The translations under genes were made by a program, and so were the position numbers. This document shows, piece after piece, positions 42,054 to 54,706 of a stretch of 64,000 nucleotides of DNA. This DNA is from Bacteroidia bacterium. GTDB taxonomy: Bacteria; Bacteroidota; Bacteroidia; AKYH767-A; 2013-40CM-41-45. Positions within the stretch are counted from its first letter, which is position 1. Every line of letters begins with the position of its first letter. The stretch is taken from contig JAXLTM010000012.1 in NCBI GenBank assembly GCA_046330055.1, positions 6,126-70,125 of the forward strand. The letters run 5' to 3'. The notes under the pieces are model-generated. The model was not told where the DNA came from and ran no database searches. It saw nothing but the letters and a program-made list of their open reading frames with translations.

Positions 42054-42238
42054 CCAAACAATTAGCTGATTTGCTAATTGGCTAATAAGCGAAAAGAAAT
42101 TCCGGTCAACGGATCGGATATAATTTGAAATAAGAGTTAATGCAATGAAGCATCCGCTTAGGCGGGGCCGGCTCGATACCGGGTTAATTCGCGATTCACT
42201 TACTGAATTGGCTCATCAGCTAATCAGCTAATTGAAAA

Positions 42239-42249
42239 CGTTCTTTGAC
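42239..42249 (+). promoter_or_regulatory. second boxA element (spacer antitermination box before 23S)
   Basis: CGTTCTTTGAC, the same core as at 40121. Confidence 0.5.
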
Positions 42250-42301
42250 ATATTGAAAGAAAACATAACAAACAAGAATCAAGATTTTTATCGTAATAGA
42301 T

Positions 42302-45178
<2,877 letters not shown>

Positions 45179-45237
45179 CTGATAACTCTCAAGATCCCTG
45201 TTAGTTGTGTTTTCTTTCTCTAATATGTCAGTTTATT

Positions 45238-45315
45238 GAATAATGAAAATTGAATATTGAATAGTGGTAGTAGCCAAATTCAAATTTTCAATCTTCAATA
45301 TTAAATATTCAATGA
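45238..45315. repeat. heptamer-built imperfect hairpin in the 23S-5S spacer
   Basis: Left arm gaataat gaaaatt gaatatt gaatagt (45238-45265), loop ggtagtagcc, right arm aaattcaaattttcaatcttcaatattaaatattcaatga (45276-45315). About 25 of 31 positions pair. Confidence 0.75.
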
Positions 45316-45317
45316 TC

Positions 45318-45432
45318 TTTATGGTGACTTTAGCGTTGGTGTCCACCTCTTCCCATTCCGAACAGAGCAGTTAAGCCCAACAGCGCAGATGGTACTGAGG
45401 TAACTCTCGGGAGAGTATGTCGTTGCCGTAAA
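45318..45432 (+). rRNA. rrf: 5S ribosomal RNA
   Basis: CCACCTCTTCCCATTCCGAACAGAGCAGTTAAGCCCAACAGCGCAGATGGTACTG...GGGAGAGTATGTCGTTGCCG. The terminal helix pairs 45318-45330 with 45419-45432. Confidence 0.92.
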
Positions 45433-45439
45433 TTATAAA

Positions 45440-45471
45440 AGCCTCGCTCGAAAGAACGGGGCTTTTTTTTT
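45440..45471 (+). terminator. rho-independent terminator of the rRNA operon
   Basis: Stem agcctcg / cggggct (one G-U pair), followed by T9. Confidence 0.75.
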
Positions 45472-45558
45472 ACCCCTGAATTTCTAAACTTGTCTCTTAG
45501 ACAATTCTCAAGCGCCCGCCGATTTTTTTTTTCATCTTTAAACCGCCGATCTTCTCCT

Positions 45559-46143
45559 ATGCCCGGAACCTTCAGAATACTCCTCGCAATCTGCTTCTGC
45601 TGCTCTGTTGAATTTTGCTTTTCAGCCGACACTGACTCCATTCAGCAACCAAAATTTTATGCAGGCATCGGCCTCGGTGATTGCTTTCTGTCCCTCCATA
45701 GAAACTCAGAATTGAAAAGTTATTCTTCTTTCTACCTGGGACTTTCTGCAGGCTACCGGTGGTCGGAAAAATTTCAAACCGGTATCGGCGTAAATGGATT
45801 ACTCATTCAACCTTATGGTAAGGAAGATCCTTCAAAGGGAATCAGCATCAGTAACGTTAACGCAGAATTGTCTTACCTTCCTTTCAGAAGGATTCCTTGC
45901 CGCCTTCTGATCGGAATGGGGTATTCAATTTATACCAATCATAACCCCGACAGAAATAATGCATCCGGAATGGATATGCAGCTTGGAGTCGGATACTTTA
46001 AGCGCGTGTACAATCACACTGAAGTTGGACTGAATATTTTCTATGGTCTGGGTAAGTTTAAAGATGTGGTCAATACTATTTCTCAAGACCGTAACCAATG
46101 GTTCAGAGGGGTTGGCTTTTGTCTGTCACTTGCCTATCGATAA
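45559..46143 (+). CDS. hypothetical outer-membrane beta-barrel-like protein
   Basis: Signal peptide MPGTFRILLAICFCCSVEFCFSA, Gly/aromatic strand pattern and a C-terminal SLAYR. I placed the start at the ATG at 45559. Confidence 0.45.
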   Translation: MPGTFRILLAICFCCSVEFCFSADTDSIQQPKFYAGIGLGDCFLSLHRNSELKSYSSFYLGLSAGYRWSEKFQTGIGVNGLLIQPYGKEDPSKGISISNVNAELSYLPFRRIPCRLLIGMGYSIYTNHNPDRNNASGMDMQLGVGYFKRVYNHTEVGLNIFYGLGKFKDVVNTISQDRNQWFRGVGFCLSLAYR

Positions 46144-46170
46144 GCTGATACTTTCATCAAAGGAAACCGA

Positions 46171-46908
46171 TCACTCTTCGGTGTACCGGTTCGACGTACA
46201 GCTCTGGCCTTCTGGAATTTCTGAAATCTTAAAACCGCTTAAGCTGAAAATTTTGTCATCTACACTACCGGTATGTATAGATGAAATGCGAATTGTATAT
46301 GATGCACCGGTTTTCTTTTCCCTGCAATATACCTCCAGAATCATTCCTTTAACTTTGCCGGTTTTGTACCAGTCTCCTTTGCGGATGAATTCACCTGCCA
46401 TCCCGCAATGAGACATCAAACCGTAAAGCTTTGCGAGTTCAACTTTAAAACTATCGCTCACCCAAACTTCTGAATAGTACTTTTCACTCTCGAAAATTAC
46501 TTTGCGGCAGAGTATTCCCTGAATTCGTTTTTGTTCTGTTGTTTTTTTGAATGTGATTTTTTTGTCATCCTGAACACTGTCACGGTACATCGAAGAGGAG
46601 TGAACCTTTACTGCCTGCTTATTCATATTATAAGCCAGTGTCATGATCCAGGTGCTGTCTGCCGGACTAAACATCGCTCGTTTGATCACTCCTTTTACAT
46701 TCATTTCATCTTTGATTTCCATCATGTAATCAGGATGCTTTGTATCCTGACGTATCGTCCACAGGATCGAAGGTTCCTTGCTTTGTGTCCCTGTTGATTC
46801 AAATGACATTAGGAAGGATCCTGAAAAAGCCTGAGCCTTTCCCTGTGCATGGAGCATTGGTAGCCCTAAAAAGAGGGAAAAAACAATAAAAATGAGGCTT
46901 TTTGTCAT
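46171..46908 (-). CDS. hypothetical secreted protein
   Basis: Signal peptide FSLFLGLPMLHAQG; 245 aa; no family assigned confidently. Confidence 0.45.
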   Translation of the reverse strand: MTKSLIFIVFSLFLGLPMLHAQGKAQAFSGSFLMSFESTGTQSKEPSILWTIRQDTKHPDYMMEIKDEMNVKGVIKRAMFSPADSTWIMTLAYNMNKQAVKVHSSSMYRDSVQDDKKITFKKTTEQKRIQGILCRKVIFESEKYYSEVWVSDSFKVELAKLYGLMSHCGMAGEFIRKGDWYKTGKVKGMILEVYCREKKTGASYTIRISSIHTGSVDDKIFSLSGFKISEIPEGQSCTSNRYTEE

Positions 46909-47060
46909 TTTTTGATTTTGGATTTTACAAAGAAAAAATATTTTCTACATTGGTGTTGCAACACACATTTTTAAATCCCCAACCACTGAGAGATTGACTG
47001 CAATCTTAGATTCTTTGAATAGCTCTAAGATATCAATTTTCAGTGCAAAACACATACACG

Positions 47061-50000
47061 ATGAAGCTTAAAAATCTACTTGCACTTATTACTCTGATTT
47101 GGATTAAAGTAAGTTCAATCGCAATTGCTCAAACAAATCCAACGCCTCAAACTCTTCCTTATTCACAAAATTTTACCGGGCTTGCAAGTAGTTCTTCAGT
47201 CTATCCTGTAGGATGGCAAGGATGGAATCTGAGTACAACGGGACCAACGACAACATTCAGGACAATTGCGCCTCCGGCTGCTTCCGATCTTGCCTTACAG
47301 GCATCAGCGACTGCGGCAAGCACAACCGGAGGAATTCAGAATTACAATGGAAAAATTGGTTTTCTTCCATCTCCCACGGTTGATGCAACGTTGTGTCTTG
47401 CGTTGAATACAACGGGATTCAATAGTGTACTCGTGACATTTGATGTCATGACGATTCGAAATCCATTTGATGCAACGAATACAAGAATTAATCAGGTTGA
47501 TCTGCAATACAGAGTTGGGACTACGGGTGCTTTCATCAGTGTTTCCAATCTTGCTTCCGGTATTTATCAGAATAATACGGTGAATCAGACCGGAGCTGTT
47601 ACAACTCCTCAAAACTCATTGCCTAAATCCTTCACTTTGCCATCTGCCTGTAATAATCAGAGTGTAGTGCAATTGAGATGGGTGGTACGAGATTTAAGTG
47701 GCACCGGTAACCGTCCGGGTTTTGCAGTGGATAATATTGTTGTGTGCTCAGCACTTAATACACCTTCAGTAAGTATTTCAGGACCATCAGCATTCTGTAA
47801 CGGAAATAATGCTGTATACATTGCTACTCCGGTGAACGGCGGGGCCACACCTACATACCAGTGGAAAAAGAATGGAGTTAATGTTGGTACAAATAGCCCT
47901 GTGCTTTCAATCAATGGTTTGGTTGCCGGAAATCAGATCTCTTGTACAATGGTTTCAAATGCTTCATGTGTTTCCAGTATTACAGTAAATTCGAATACAA
48001 TCACTCTTGCAAATGTGGTTTCATCACCTGTGATCAATTCCGCAACGATTACTGATGTAACATGCCCAGGTGCACGCGATGGTGCTATTACATTGAACAT
48101 TTCCGGAGGCACACCACCGTATGCGGTTTGCTGGGATACCATAAACCGTTCGAATGGACCAGTATTTGGCGTTACTGTGGCAGCAAAACTGCGTTCATCC
48201 GTACTTTAATCTGGGGAATCCGCTTACTTATCAGATCGACGGCGTTGAAGCAAAAGTTCTCACCCTTGTGAAAGGAATCTCTTATACCTTTAATGTACTT
48301 GCTCCGTCACATCCTTTTCACATTTCTACGGATTCGGTAGGAGGGAATGCAAAATAACATTGTAGCCTGGCCAAAGCGGTGCGCCGACCCAGAATGGTAC
48401 GGTCACTTTTACTCCGGCCATCTCAACTCCGGCTGCGCTTTATTATCCTTGTCAGTTCCATCAGTACATGGGTTATAAAATTAATGTTGGCAGCGGATAT
48501 TGCATTGAAGGATCACAGAGCATCAGTGCCATGCCAATCGGAAAATATTCTGTGATTGTTACCGATGCAAATGGTTGCACTACATCAGCTACCTATACCA
48601 TTTCAGAGCAGCCGTCGCCTATCAGTGTGAGTGCTGTTGTTTCAAATTCTTCGTGCGGAAGTTCTACCGGTGCAATTAATCTTTTCTGTAAGCGGAGGAG
48701 TTGCTCCTTATACTGTTTGCTGGGATACATTAAATACAATCACAGGAAATCAAATGGCCGTTATGGTCGCCGGAAAAACACCTTCAAATCCATATTCAGC
48801 CCTTGGCAATCTTTCTTGTTACTATATTAATGGAGAGGAAATGCCTTCGCTGAACCTAGTCAGAGGAATTACTTACTCATTCAATGTGTTGAGCCCGGGA
48901 CATCCGTTTCACATTTCAACTGATAGTGTAGGTGGGTCAACGACAGGTCTTGTTTCCAACGGACAGGCAGGAGCACCTAATGATAATGGCACCGTTACCT
49001 TCACACCGAATAATGCCCATCCTTCTCTCTTACGATATGATTGCTCCAATCACCAGTACATGGGCTATCGGGTAAATATTGTTAATGGTTACTGTACTGA
49101 AGACTTATCTTCATTGAAAGCCGGAACATATAATGTCATCGTTCATGATGCGAATGGCTGTGAAGCTTCAGCCAGCTTCACTATTATTGAAGAGGGCGAT
49201 GCTCCTCTTTTATCTTCAGAAGCTGATGCATCGTGCTTTAATGCAGCAGACGGATCAGTTGAGCTTATTCCTTCGTCAGCTTCAGGACCTTATACAATCT
49301 CCGGTACCGGACCGGTCTTCAGTGTGATTGCAGAAGTGAAAAATCATTCTCATCCACAATTCGGTCTGGGTGGCAGACCGGATGGTTTTACAATTGACGG
49401 AGTTCAGGGAAAGGAATTAACACTCGTACGCGGAATAACCTACTCATTCTCTGTGCTTGCCCCTACACATTCATTTTTCATCTCAACCAGTGATGCCGGG
49501 GGCCCTGCAAATCTTGGTTCTGTTGTTACTCAGGGTGTCGTGAATAATTTCGTATCCAACGGTACGCTTTTATTCACTCCTGATGCCAGTCATCCGGCTC
49601 TCTTATACTATCAATGCGGAAATCATGATTACATGGGATGGAAACTGAATATAGTTGATGGAATAAATAATTTATCTGTCAGCGGACTTGTGGCAGGCGA
49701 TTATACATTTTCAATAACCGATGGAACAGGCTGTACTTCGGCACCTTTACCGGTCACAGTCCACGAACCGGCAGGAACAGTGCTGTACTATGATGCAGAC
49801 GGTGATATGTATGGTACAAATTCGGAAACTACAATAGCGTGTTCTCCTTTCGGAAGTTTTGTTCCTGATGGAAATGATTGTGATGATCAGAATACTGCAT
49901 TCAACCCCGGTGTAACTGAAATTTGTAACGGGGTTGATGATGACTGCGATGGTTTGATTGATGATCTTGATCCATCCCTGTCAGGAATTATTTCATATTC

Positions 50001-50754
50001 AGATATCGATACTGACGGTTTTGGAGATCCTGCTACTCAGGTGATCACTTGTACACTGCCTTCCGGAAACGTGTTAAACGGTCTGGATTGCGATGACAAT
50101 AACGCATCTGTAAATCCTTTGGCTCATGAAACTTGCAACGGAATTGATGATGATTGTAATGGAATTATCGATGATGGTGCCGGTTGTTTTGTAGATATTC
50201 ATGTGAAGTGCTTTATCCAGGGATATTTTGACGGAGTTTCTGCGATGCGAGCCGTTGCAGATCCCTTAGGCTCTCCATCTGTTTGCGATACCCTCAGACT
50301 TGATCTTGCAGACTCTGACAACCCTTCAACAATCTTGTTCACTGCTACTAGTACAGTTTCAACGAGCGGTCAGGCAATCTTCCGTTTTCCGTCTTCAATC
50401 GATGGAACAAAATTCTATTTTATTTTCCGTCACAGAAGTGCTCTTGAAACATGGTCGGGTGAATCCCTCACAGCTACCGATCAGGCCTTTTTTGATTTCA
50501 CTGCTGATCCTGTTCTTACTTTTGGTAACAATGTCATTGAACTGACACCGGGAATATTTGGTTTCTGGAACGGTGATGTGAATCAGGATGGAGTTATTGA
50601 CAATTCGGATTTACAATCTGTAGAAACAGATCTTCCATTATTTACCAGAGGGTATCTACCTCAGGATCTTGACGGGAATCTTTGTATTGAATCGGCTGAT
50701 TATTCCCTGATTGAAAATAACTCAGTTTTAGGAATATCGGTTGCTCACCCATAA
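47061..50754 (+). pseudogene. multi-domain secreted protein, with the frame broken about 5 times between 48.17 and 48.70 kb. Domain order: N-terminal sensor-like domain, Ig-like module, three SprB-type repeats each followed by a cupredoxin-like domain, two MopE-type metal-binding motifs, a dockerin-like C-terminus
   Basis: ORFs 47043-48209, 48154-48357, an unlisted piece at 48360-48470, 48468-48830 and 48631-50754 join into one protein. Details are given in the findings. The start is the ATG at 47061 (MKLKNLLALITLIWIKVSSIAIAQ). Confidence 0.65.
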
Positions 50755-50789
50755 AAAAAGCGCCACTGTTTGAGCAGTGGCGCTTTTTA
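50753..50789. terminator. bidirectional rho-independent terminator between convergent genes
   Basis: A7, then gcgccactg-tttgag-cagtggcgc, then T5. Confidence 0.8.
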
Positions 50790-50804
50790 TTTTATTTATA
50801 GTTT

Positions 50805-51878
50805 TTATTTCAAAGCCAGCTGAACGGCATCGGCTTTAATTACTTTTTCAAAGAAGGATTTGAACTCAGCATACTTTTCAGTAGGGATCTCGCCATTTCC
50901 TTTTGGCTTAAACTTCCGCGTGATAGTATAAGAGTTTAGGTTTTGTTTGAATGTGAGTGAGTAATCTCCGAATTCGGATGTAAATACTTTCGCTTCCGGT
51001 AATTTGAGTAATGTTGTTCCGGCCGGAAGAGACAATGTGATTACCTCGCTGGATTCAGAATTGAAAAGTAATCCTGTTCCCACAATCGGGAATTTACGTG
51101 TCTCTTCGCTTAGGAAATCAAGTGAAGTGATTCCTTCGCTGAATGGAATACGAATCACTCTCATTCCGCCTACATCATTGATGGCATCTTTAGATGAGTA
51201 GGTGAATTCATAAGTGATAGTGTCTTTTGTACTCTTCAGATTATCGTCGAAGTGAAATCCATCGAGATGTACGCTTGGGAATTCATCATTAATTGACTCC
51301 TTCAGATTCTTTTCCTGTTGTTCTTTTCCGATGTCACGGTAAGAACTTCTCATGTATGCAGCATTCACTCCGCATTTTGTTGTTTTCTTCTGAACGGTAA
51401 TTTTCTCTCCTTCAACTGTCATCTTCGTTTGGCGGGAAACAAAGTTAGGTATAGCATTGGTGTTTGGAAGGTGGATCAGATCGTTCTTTGAATTATCACG
51501 AATTTCGAGTGCCTGTGCATAGTACAGGTCGCCACTCATTGTGCTGAATGCATTGTTGTCATTCGTCAATTCAACGTAATACTTTTTGTTGTCAATATTG
51601 ATAGCAGCAATACAATGATCGAAATCAATACATGGCAGGTACATCGTGTTGTCTCCATTGTCGCGGGTATTCACCAGCGTGAGATTTGCTTCGATGCCAA
51701 CTTCACGGCACATGGCAACAAACAATGTAGAGATGTCTTTGCAATCACCCATCTTTGAGTTTAACACATTGCTGGTGCTTTGAGGAATCAGTCCACTCTG
51801 ACGGAAGGATACAGAACTGTAACGGATTTCATGTACAATGTAGTCGTACATATACTTTGTCTTTTCCAACTTAGTCAT
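50805..51878 (-). CDS. transglutaminase-like cysteine protease core plus DUF3858-like C-terminal domain
   Basis: YDYIVHEIRY...GDCKDISTLFVAMCREVGIEA...FDHCIAAI...YYVELTN gives the Cys-His-Asp transglutaminase-core pattern. Confidence 0.65.
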   Translation of the reverse strand: MTKLEKTKYMYDYIVHEIRYSSVSFRQSGLIPQSTSNVLNSKMGDCKDISTLFVAMCREVGIEANLTLVNTRDNGDNTMYLPCIDFDHCIAAINIDNKKYYVELTNDNNAFSTMSGDLYYAQALEIRDNSKNDLIHLPNTNAIPNFVSRQTKMTVEGEKITVQKKTTKCGVNAAYMRSSYRDIGKEQQEKNLKESINDEFPSVHLDGFHFDDNLKSTKDTITYEFTYSSKDAINDVGGMRVIRIPFSEGITSLDFLSEETRKFPIVGTGLLFNSESSEVITLSLPAGTTLLKLPEAKVFTSEFGDYSLTFKQNLNSYTITRKFKPKGNGEIPTEKYAEFKSFFEKVIKADAVQLALK

Positions 51879-54553
51879 TGGCCCCTTTCCGTCAAAAGCT
51901 CTTTCATGAGTTCTTTCAACTCATAATCTGCTTTAGCTTTTGAAGAAGAAATTTCGCTGTACCATTTTGCAACATCATCCCACTCTTTAAATGTAGATAC
52001 GCGGAGTGATGGAGCGATATCACCGATTTCCGGCATAGAGTTTTCGGATTTCAATGCCGGCTTATTGGTTTCTACCCAACTGTACAATTTGAATTCGTCA
52101 ACATTTTTGGTTGTTGCCTGAATGTTTGAGTTTTTCAATTTGTAATACAAAGAAATACTGGAGTCGGCCATAACTTGATAAGCACTTCTCATGACAGGGA
52201 AGAAGTAGTTGAAATAGTGGATTTCACTGAAGTGCTGGGCAAGTTTTCCCGTGTAGTAATTTTCAATTTTGTAAGAAAGACAAATGGCATCTCCAACTTC
52301 GAGAGTGGTAAAGGCAATCTGATTGTCATTTCTGTCAGCATCTACTTTGCTGCCGTTTTTCTTAATGATATAAGCCTCGTCAACAACCAAACGTTGTGCA
52401 CTGTATTGCGGGATGTTGTATTCTTTCCAGAAGTCGATACCTGCAGTGTTGAATACTTTTACCATGAGGAATGACCGCTCTACTGAAGCACCACCTTTGA
52501 AGATTACTTTCTGATCTTCATCTACAAGGATAACGCTATTGTCTTCAGGATAATCTTCTGCCGACGGAGCCGATTTATATAATTTCTGAAAATCCGGTTT
52601 GCCGAATGGTTCAAAGATTTCCGGTTTATCTTCCAGTTTTCTAAGTTTTTCTCTTGCATCGTAATTTGTCGGACTATACTGAATGGCGCGTTTGTATGAA
52701 TTTTTAGCGTCTGAAGATTTATGTTCAGCATCGTAAAGATCACCTGCAGTTTCATCGTATGCACCGATGTAAGGAGCCATCTGTTTGCACATTTCGATGT
52801 AGTCGTGACCTTTTTTGTAATTACCAAGACTGTACTGCAGTACTGACATTTTTGATAAGTAACCGATAGCAAAAGGCTCGATCTTAATCATCTTTTCAAG
52901 CGTTGATACTGCACCGCTTGCATTTCCTGTTTCCAGGTACTGATCAAGCAAATCGCCCATGGCGTTCGTATTGGAGTGCTTGTCAATATATTTCTTCAGA
53001 ACTCTTTCTGCATCGGAATTATTCTTTCTCACTTTTGTTTCAATCAGAACTTTCAAAGTAACAAATGTGTAGTTGTCCGGATACTTTTTGTAAGCATCTT
53101 CGATTAATGAAATCATTTTTTCAATCTGCTTGGTTCCGCCATAAATTGAAATTTGTCTTTGAATAGTAGATTCATCTTCACCGAAATTGGCTTTGATTTT
53201 TTCAAGTACTTCTTCTGCCTTGTCCCAATTTTCTCCGTCTGATGCTTCCTGATATTCCAGTTGAAGTGCGTCGTAGCTGTTCGGCATAACCTCTTTTAAC
53301 TTCTTTAAGGTGGCACTCAGGCCTGGCTGATTTTTAGCTCGAACAGCTTGTTCTGATTTCAATGCAAGCAGGTAAACACAATCCGGAGCAAATTTTTCTG
53401 CATCGCGGATGATATGTGCTGCATCAAAGGCTTTGTCGTTTCTTAAGTAACAATTTGCAAGGCACAAATAATTCAACAACAGTTTCGGATTCTCCTTCAA
53501 ACGGTTTTTGAAAAATTCTTCTGATGAAATCGGAATGAGCTTCCCTGTATAATCGTATGATTTGTTGTAAGCTGTGTAATTAGGAGAGTAGGTGAGTCCC
53601 TGAATCAGTTTGCCTGCATTGTCAGTAAAACGACACATAAAATTGAGGCTGTTTATTTCACTTGCACCAAGCTGAATCAGAATTCTGTTTACTCCTTTTG
53701 AAAGCTTTACAGTTGAAATGTATGTATCAAGATCGTTATTACGTTCTTCATCGTCTGACATGATGAGGTGGTCGTTGATCCACACTTTATAACTTCCGCT
53801 GGTTCCCAGTCTGAACTGACATTCGATATCAGATGGAGCAGTAACGAATGTTTGTGCGTAGACAATGGCATTGGAAATGTTCATGTAATAATCAAAGTCG
53901 ATCCAACGATCATTACGAATTCTTTCCTTCGGAATGGTGAACCATTTTATTTCCGCATTGATTTTATTTTTGAACGAGTAATCCGGTTCAGGGTGGGTAA
54001 GTGCGCCATAGTCCTTATTGAAGCCACTACCACTGAGGTTTTCAAAACTGCCCAACACTGACCAGTCCTGAATGCTTCCGATTTTATCAGCAGTCTGACG
54101 ACCTTTTTCTACCTGATCATTTGAACAATAAATATTTGCCAGTCGCTCGTAGGCCATTGCTCTGGTGGTCTCATCCAATTTTGGAAGCTTTAGCATGTTT
54201 TCATAAAAGAGTTGCATTTCCTGACTCTTCTGACTGGTAATAAATGGCGACGATTCCATAGCAAAGATTCCGGGATTCGGATTTGCACTCAATGCTATAT
54301 ATTGATTGAAGTATTCAATGGCTTGTTTGTTCTTGTACATGCCTGTACTTAACATGGCAAGCGAAAGATTGGCATCGTCAGCAACAGTCGGATCTTTCAA
54401 GGCATTCTTGAAGTGTTCTTCAGCTTTGCTGAAATCATTCTTTGCAAATAAATCCCATCCGGTATTCAGCTCATCTTTTCCGCTCAAGGCAAGTACGCGT
54501 ATTGAGTAAATAAAATAGAACAGGAACAGGAAAATCGGTTTTTGGTTTTTCAT
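51875..54553 (-). CDS. TPR-repeat protein with a beta-sandwich insert and a C-terminal DUF3857-like domain
   Basis: Signal peptide MKNQKPIFLFLFYFIYSIRVLA from the ATG at 54553 (the track's TTG is at 54580). Multiple TPR-like helical pairs. The C-terminus overlaps the next gene's ATG by 4 nt. Confidence 0.6.
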   Translation of the reverse strand: MKNQKPIFLFLFYFIYSIRVLALSGKDELNTGWDLFAKNDFSKAEEHFKNALKDPTVADDANLSLAMLSTGMYKNKQAIEYFNQYIALSANPNPGIFAMESSPFITSQKSQEMQLFYENMLKLPKLDETTRAMAYERLANIYCSNDQVEKGRQTADKIGSIQDWSVLGSFENLSGSGFNKDYGALTHPEPDYSFKNKINAEIKWFTIPKERIRNDRWIDFDYYMNISNAIVYAQTFVTAPSDIECQFRLGTSGSYKVWINDHLIMSDDEERNNDLDTYISTVKLSKGVNRILIQLGASEINSLNFMCRFTDNAGKLIQGLTYSPNYTAYNKSYDYTGKLIPISSEEFFKNRLKENPKLLLNYLCLANCYLRNDKAFDAAHIIRDAEKFAPDCVYLLALKSEQAVRAKNQPGLSATLKKLKEVMPNSYDALQLEYQEASDGENWDKAEEVLEKIKANFGEDESTIQRQISIYGGTKQIEKMISLIEDAYKKYPDNYTFVTLKVLIETKVRKNNSDAERVLKKYIDKHSNTNAMGDLLDQYLETGNASGAVSTLEKMIKIEPFAIGYLSKMSVLQYSLGNYKKGHDYIEMCKQMAPYIGAYDETAGDLYDAEHKSSDAKNSYKRAIQYSPTNYDAREKLRKLEDKPEIFEPFGKPDFQKLYKSAPSAEDYPEDNSVILVDEDQKVIFKGGASVERSFLMVKVFNTAGIDFWKEYNIPQYSAQRLVVDEAYIIKKNGSKVDADRNDNQIAFTTLEVGDAICLSYKIENYYTGKLAQHFSEIHYFNYFFPVMRSAYQVMADSSISLYYKLKNSNIQATTKNVDEFKLYSWVETNKPALKSENSMPEIGDIAPSLRVSTFKEWDDVAKWYSEISSSKAKADYELKELMKELLTERGQ

Positions 54554-54706
54554 ATAACTGGTTTCTTTTGAGTCGATCAAGGTATGAATTATTCTAAATA
54601 ATCAATGTAGGATAAAGGTACTATTCGGCTTCTTCCGGATGTAAAAAAAAACGCCGTTATTTGCAAAAAAATGAACAATATGTTGAATTGGGAAGTGTGT
54701 TGGTTT

